This document shows, piece after piece, positions 58,144-64,000 of a stretch of DNA of 64,000 bases (position 1 is its first letter; each line of letters opens with the position of its first letter). The notes below the pieces were generated by a model that searched no databases, was not told the origin of the DNA, and saw only the letters and a list, made by a program, of their open reading frames with translations. The translations under genes and the position numbers were made by a program. Source of the stretch: Eledone cirrhosa (Eukaryota); contig OZ024743.1 in assembly GCA_964016885.1 (NCBI GenBank), forward strand, positions 116,436,001-116,500,000. The letters run 5' to 3'.

Positions 58144-58209
58144 TATTTCATTATATATATTTCAGGGATATCATATTAAAAATATGGTATGCCTTCTTCA
58201 GACAAAATA
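58144..58209 (-). ncRNA. Hammerhead family A
   Basis: Mirror of 61142-61207. Confidence 0.83.
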
Positions 58210-58452
58210 CAATATAAACAGTCTTATAAATAGATAGATTTGACATACCTTACAACTTCAACTTCCATTTAAAAAGTTGATTTGGTAGTGAAAAATGTTA
58301 GGGACAGTTATAAAAAGAAAGAAAGAAAAAGAAGAAATGCATGGAACTAAATAGAGAGAGATAGATATAGAGAGATAGATAGAGAGAAGGAATTCATGTA
58401 AAGAAACAGAGAGAGATAGATAGAGAGAGAAAAAACACAGAGGGAGATAGAT

Positions 58453-58484
<32 letters not shown>

Positions 58485-59069
58485 AAAAATAGAGAGAGAT
58501 AGATATAGATAGAGATAGAGAGAAAGAAAATAGGTAGTTGGGCACCAGTTGAATGACGTATCAATGATATATTTATTTATTTATTTATTTATTTAGTTCT
58601 AGTATTAAGGTAGAGAGAGATATATGTGGTTAGTAGAGAAAACAGCCGTTACATAGAGAGAAAAGAAAAATATCCAGATATAAACGAGGCAGATTTAAAA
58701 CATTATGTTTCATCAATGTAAAAATATCAATTCGTATGGATTAGGTATTATAATGTAAATACCAGTATTCACGAATGAGACACGTATCAATAATGTGTGA
58801 AAAATAATGATCATATGTCTAGTTTAAAATTCCTAGGTTTATATCAGAGTTGAGTTAAAAACTGAGATTCTCCAGAATCTCATCTAATAAAAAGATTTTC
58901 GACGCAAAAGCCCAGTATTACAATGAAGCGTTAGCTAGAGCAGGATATAGTGATAAAATTATGTACATAGATAATAATAGACAAACTAACCAAAATAACA
59001 ACAATTTTAATTACGGCAACAACTTTAACAACTATAATAGAAAGCATTACAATAATTCCAAAAGCCAAA

Positions 59070-59768
59070 AAAGAAATAGAACTAGGAATATAATATGGTT
59101 TGCCCCCCCCCCCCTTCTCACTAAACATTAAAACCCACATCGCTAAACTATTTTTTAATGCTCTTGATAATCGCTTCCCTAGAACACATAGGTATCACTC
59201 AATTTTCAATAGGCATACTATAACATTACCTTACTCATCCACCAAAAATTTAGCACAAAATATTAATAGAATAAATAATAGGAATTTAAAACCTAGCCAA
59301 AATACCGATAATAGCATAAATAATATCCAAGTAAACAAATGTAACTGTAGAGATAGATCTAAATGTCCGTTAAATAACAATTGCTTAGTTAAAAATATAA
59401 TATACAACTGTAATGTTAAAACGGACTTAAATTCTTTTAACTATGTTGGTTCCACCTCGACAGAATTTAAACTTCGCTATAATAACCACAAGAATTCTTT
59501 CACAGATCCAAGCAAAAAATCTTCAACATCACTATCAGGCTTACTCTGGCAACTTAAGCATGATAACGTTGGATATTCGACGGCTTGGAATATAGTCTCA
59601 AGAGGGATTCCTTTTAATTCATCCTCTGAGACATGTGGCCTCTGCGCGGAGGAGATATTCTTTATACTAAAATCTAAAAATTCCCTTAATTTACGGACAA
59701 ATTTATTCAGTTGCTGCAGACATAGATTGAACTCAACTTTTAAATATAAATATAAATTTAAAATGTAG
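59070..59768 (+). pseudogene. Naiad-like PLE linker + GIY-YIG endonuclease (5'-truncated; open frame 59100-59768)
   Basis: PPFSLNIKT, IFNRHT, CNCRDRSKCPLNNNC, NIIY..YVGST..FKLRYNNH, CGLCAEE, LN..CRH. Confidence 0.9.
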
Positions 59769-61141
59769 TATATTTACTTTGATTTATAATTATTTATGAA
59801 ACTCGCCGATAAATCTTTCGATTTCTTTTTTTTAAACATTCTTCATAAACTACCCTAAAAGCTGATGCTCCAAATATATTGAATAAATTTTACACTAGAT
59901 AAACTTCTATAATAAATATAAGACCATCTGTAGATCAAATGGGTATCCTAAACTTTTGGAATGATTTCTGCTAGACAGGATTTGGTAAATAATTTTGGTT
60001 TTGTTTGCTTTTGATTCTGATGCTTATAATGAACTTGGCAATATATTGTCAATTAATTTTGAAGGGTTGATCTCTGTGGTTGATTTGCGGGGCATACTGT
60101 GTTTTATTTTTAATATTTTTTAATTTTTTGATATTTTTATTGATATATTGATATCTGTTGTCTATTTATGCTTGAACGATAATCATGTAGAGTAAAGACA
60201 AGAATAGTATTGTTAAAATTAATGTAGATTCTATATATATTTGTGTGTATGTACACATATATGTATACTAGAATTTTTATAGCACAATGAGAATGTTTTC
60301 ATGTGAAATAGGAATTTGCAGAGTTGATCACGTAAATTCACATGGAAGTCTATAGTATCGAATCTGGGATAACCTTCTATTTTCTTTTTCTTTTTCTTTT
60401 TTCATGAAAGTGCATATATACTTATGTATTTCAATTTTTTTTGAAGTTTTTTATCTCAGTTTTTTATCTCAGTTTTTTATTTTTTTACCTCAGTTTTTAT
60501 CTCAACTCTGATATAAACCTAGGAATTTTAAACTAGACATATGATCATTATTTTTCACACATTATTGATACGTGTCTCATTCATGAATACTGATATTTAC
60601 ATTATAATACCTAATTCATACGAATTGATATTTTTACATTGATGAAACATAATGTTTTAAATCTGCCTCGTTTATATCTGGATATTTTTCTTTTCTCTCT
60701 ATGTAACGGCTGTTTTCTCTCCTAACCACATATATCTCTCTCTGCCTTAATACTAGAACTAAATAAATAAATAAATATATCATTGATACGTCATTCAACT
60801 GGTGCCCAACTACCTATTTTCTTTCTCTCTATCTCTATCTATATCTATCTCTCTCTATTTTTTCTCTCTCTCTCTCTTCTCTCTCTATCTCTCTATCTAT
60901 CTCCCTCTGTGTTTTTTCTCTCTCTATCTATCTCTCTCTCTCTGTTTCTTTACATGAATTTCTTCTCTCTATCTATCTCTCTATATCTATCTCTCTCTAT
61001 TTAGTTCCATGCATTTCTTCTTTTTCTTTCTTTCTTTTTATAACTGTCCCTAACATTTTTCACTACCAAATCAACTTTTTAAATGGAAGTTGAAGTTGTA
61101 AGATATGTCAAATCTATCTATTTATAAGACTGTTTATATTG

Positions 61142-61207
61142 TATTTTGTCTGAAGAAGGCATACCATATTTTTAATATGATATCCCTGAAATATATATAA
61201 TGAAATA
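61142..61207 (+). ncRNA. Hammerhead family A
   Basis: tattttgt-CTGAAGA-agg c ataccatatt..aatatgatat c cct-GAAA-tatatATA-atgaaata. Confidence 0.83.
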
Positions 61208-61391
61208 AATATGGTTTTATAAATATAGTTTCCATTTATTTAATATCGTAAATATACTCCAAATACTTGTTGAGTGCTTTTATATCAGTTATAAATATTT
61301 ACTCGTTGTAACCCAACAATTTAAATAAAACTTTGCATATATATATATATATATATATTTTATATATATATATATATGTATGTATATATAT

Positions 61392-62310
61392 CTACTAGGC
61401 CACCCGTGACCCGTTGTGGCAAGTTCACCTTTAAGGTCCGCTATAATGCGCACTCATTTTCCTTCTGCGAGCCTAGCCATAGATGCTCAACTTCTCTAGC
61501 CAGGCTCATTAAACACCTTAAACTAGCCAACATTCAACATTCACTAAATTGGAATATCTTAGCTAGATCTTTAGCGTTTAATGGGAAAAGAAACGTTTGC
61601 GATCTCTGTCTTACCGAGGTTTCTCACATAACTTTGTCAATGACAGGAATCAGTTGGTCATCAACTGCCACCACCGCAGAGTAAGCTCCTTTGCTAAGAG
61701 AATATTCGACCCAACTTAGCCTATCCTTTAGTCATGCTCCCTCCTATAACTAATTAACTAAAGACTTCGTTAGTCCACACCATTAATACCTATAAGTTAC
61801 CACCCTAGCATTATCTTAGTTACAAATCTCATTGAGACTTTACCTATGAGCTACCTCCCACGCATTATCTTGGTTACCACTCTCATTCGGGGCCTTTGTC
61901 TCCTCAAGGAGTTACTTCCTTTGAAACCCCGCTCTATATAATAAGATAATTTTCCTACAAAAATATTATGCCATATGCATGCGGCATTGATTACTTTCAG
62001 CCTCGACAGATATGTAATCTTTCTTTATCACATACACTTGAGTTCCCCAGTGCCAAGGCACACCATCTAGGGAGCTGCTAATCTGAGGATTATTTACGGA
62101 CACGTAACCTTCTTATTTTATTTTTACTTCTACTTTATATATATTAATAATTTCATTATCACATCTCAAGTTCCGAGCATATGTCGCATAATATTATTTT
62201 ATGTTACTTATCTTTCTCTGCACCAAATCAATAACGATCTTACCATCGATTGATCCAGATACATTATATGGAGTAGTGAAACAATTGTAAACTGACATTC
62301 TTATCCTTTC
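61392..62310 (+). mobile_element. Naiad-like PLE 3' fragment, same family as 40760-42303
   Basis: FKVRYNAHSFSF..STSLARLIKHLK..WNILA..CDLCLTE, then a 3' region ending ggagtagtgaaacaattgtaaac. Confidence 0.82.
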
Positions 62311-62393
62311 TTTTTTATATTAAACTGCACTTATGGTTGATACTCTTTGACTAATGTCTTCTATGTGAGTTTGTGGTCTTGATTTGCTAACTA

Positions 62394-62429
<36 letters not shown>

Positions 62430-63231
62430 TTAAAAATAAGAAGAAAGCATGGACGGGAGAAAGTTTTCCTTCATCAGTTGTCTGCTGGGGGTCTCGGATA
62501 TTTCTACCCATTATAGACAAGATATCTCACCCCAGTGCGTTCAATAACTAGGTAAGTTATTGAGAAAATAAAGGAGGGTGGGAAAGAAAATAAAGGATAA
62601 TAGAAGGGAAAAGGGAAGGACAGAGAAAAGAGAAGAACAGCGAAAAAATAACGGGAAATACCAAATCGAAGAGTGTGAGAGCAACTCAAAGAGAAAAAAG
62701 TCTACCACAATTACTGAGCATAAGTTCGATATGTGCGGACGAGAAACAGGTGAATTTGGTCGTCTAGTTGAGGAGGGTGAGAGAGTCTGTTGGTTTAATG
62801 AGAGTGGGGGGAATTAAGGTAGTGAGAGAAAGTGAGGTATGTAGTTGGAAATAGAGGGAGGGAGGGAATTTTCTGGTTTAGTGAGAGAGGGAAAATGTCG
62901 GTGTAGGGAGGAAATGTTGGTCTAGTGCATAGTGGGAGAGGGGTAATATTTTGAGAGAGAGTGACGAAATAATTGTAGGGTGGAAGCACATTCTTTTTAG
63001 TATTGAGTTTCACAGTAATAAGGCTGTGTATATAAGTGTGTGTTTACATGTAGATATGTATATGTGTGTCTATGTATTTATATATATATATATATGTGTG
63101 TGTGTTTCTATATATGTATGTGAGTGCAATTATTTATATAAATGTGTGTGTGTGTGTTTATATATATATGTCTGTGTTTATTTATATATGCGTATGTGTG
63201 TGTGTGCGTTTACATATGTATTCATGTGTGT

Positions 63232-63548
63232 GAAAGTGCATGGTTAGGGTATTGGCTCACAATGATAAGGTCGTGAGTTCGATTCCCGGTGTTGCGTTGT
63301 GATCTTGAGCAAGACAATTTATTTCACGTCGCTTCAGTCCACTCAGCTGGCAAAAATGTGTTGGACCTGTAATTCGAAGGACCAGCCTTGTCACGCACAG
63401 GGACACACTGAATCTCACTGAGAACTACGTAAATGGTACGCGTGTCTCTGAAATACTCAGCCATTTGCATGTTAATTTCACGAGTAGGCGGTACAGTTGA
63501 TAGTATCAACTGAAACACTCGTCGTTGTAACCGACGGAGTGACTCCAT
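63232..63548 (+). mobile_element. Second tRNA-derived SINE family
   Basis: tggttagg..gagttcgattccc B box followed by the cttgagcaagaca..cagtccactcagct core. Confidence 0.7.
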
Positions 63549-63853
63549 TTATATGTGTGTCTTTATATATATGTGTATGCCTGTGTGTGTATATGTATAT
63601 ATATATATGTGTGTGCGTGTGTGTGTGTCTATGCATGTACATATACATATCCAGAGTGTCACCAGAAATAGTATACATACTGAGAATGCTGTTGAAGTGT
63701 GTATACATATTTTGGGACACCATATATATATATATATATATGTAAGTTTGTATGTATTTTTATTTATAAATAAATAAATAAATAAATATATATATATATA
63801 TTAGAAAGTGATGTTTTTTTTTACAAAATGAAAAAAAAACGACGTGTCCTACA

Positions 63854-63906
63854 CGAAAAAGATGAAATCGAAAAAAGATGAAATCGAAAAAAGATGAAAT
63901 CGAAAA
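63854..63906. repeat. 16-bp tandem repeat x3 (gaaaaaagatgaaatc)
   Basis: Direct reading. Confidence 0.9.
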
Positions 63907-64000
63907 TGCAACTGGAGTCTTTTTTTTTAATATATTAATTTGGTTCCTTTACCGTTTTCACAGTTTTTGTGCCTTTCAAAAGTAGAATTGAGATGGAAGG

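Larger units (their letters stand above)
58101..61336 (+). mobile_element. Naiad-like fold-back, family A: arms 58101-58867 / 60489-61250
   Basis: Near-identical inverted arms, an EN ORF in the spacer, and (TA)n flanks. Confidence 0.93.

Noticed and set aside
62270-62296. GAAAC-aatt-GTA half motif (also 41058-41080 on minus)
   Set aside because: No matching CTGANGA box or stem I partner found.

Overview
AT-rich, microsatellite-dense eukaryotic DNA with no recognisable host gene. The SINE families and (TA)n/(CA)n load resemble an octopod cephalopod genome (inference, no search run). The first 17 kb hold decayed autonomous elements: a near-full R4/Dong RLE retrotransposon plus a 3' fragment, a Tx1/L1-clade LINE on the minus strand flanked by (TAA)n, a Helitron and an RTE fragment. 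From about 20 kb on, the window is dominated by Penelope-like element (PLE) derivatives sitting in (TA)n tracts. Their GIY-YIG/RT fragments are Naiad-like, plus one Neptune/Nematis-like. By hand I find about 20 hammerhead ribozyme (HHR) or HHR-like motifs in about 7 families. They occur in two architectures: (i) fold-back insertions with long inverted arms, each carrying an outward-facing HHR, and (ii) ORF-less, terminally redundant or circularly permuted 0.4-0.7 kb units with one HHR, i.e. retrozyme/circRNA-like elements. One copy begins exactly at the predicted cleavage site. All structures and alignments were made by eye, so coordinates are approximate to a few bases.
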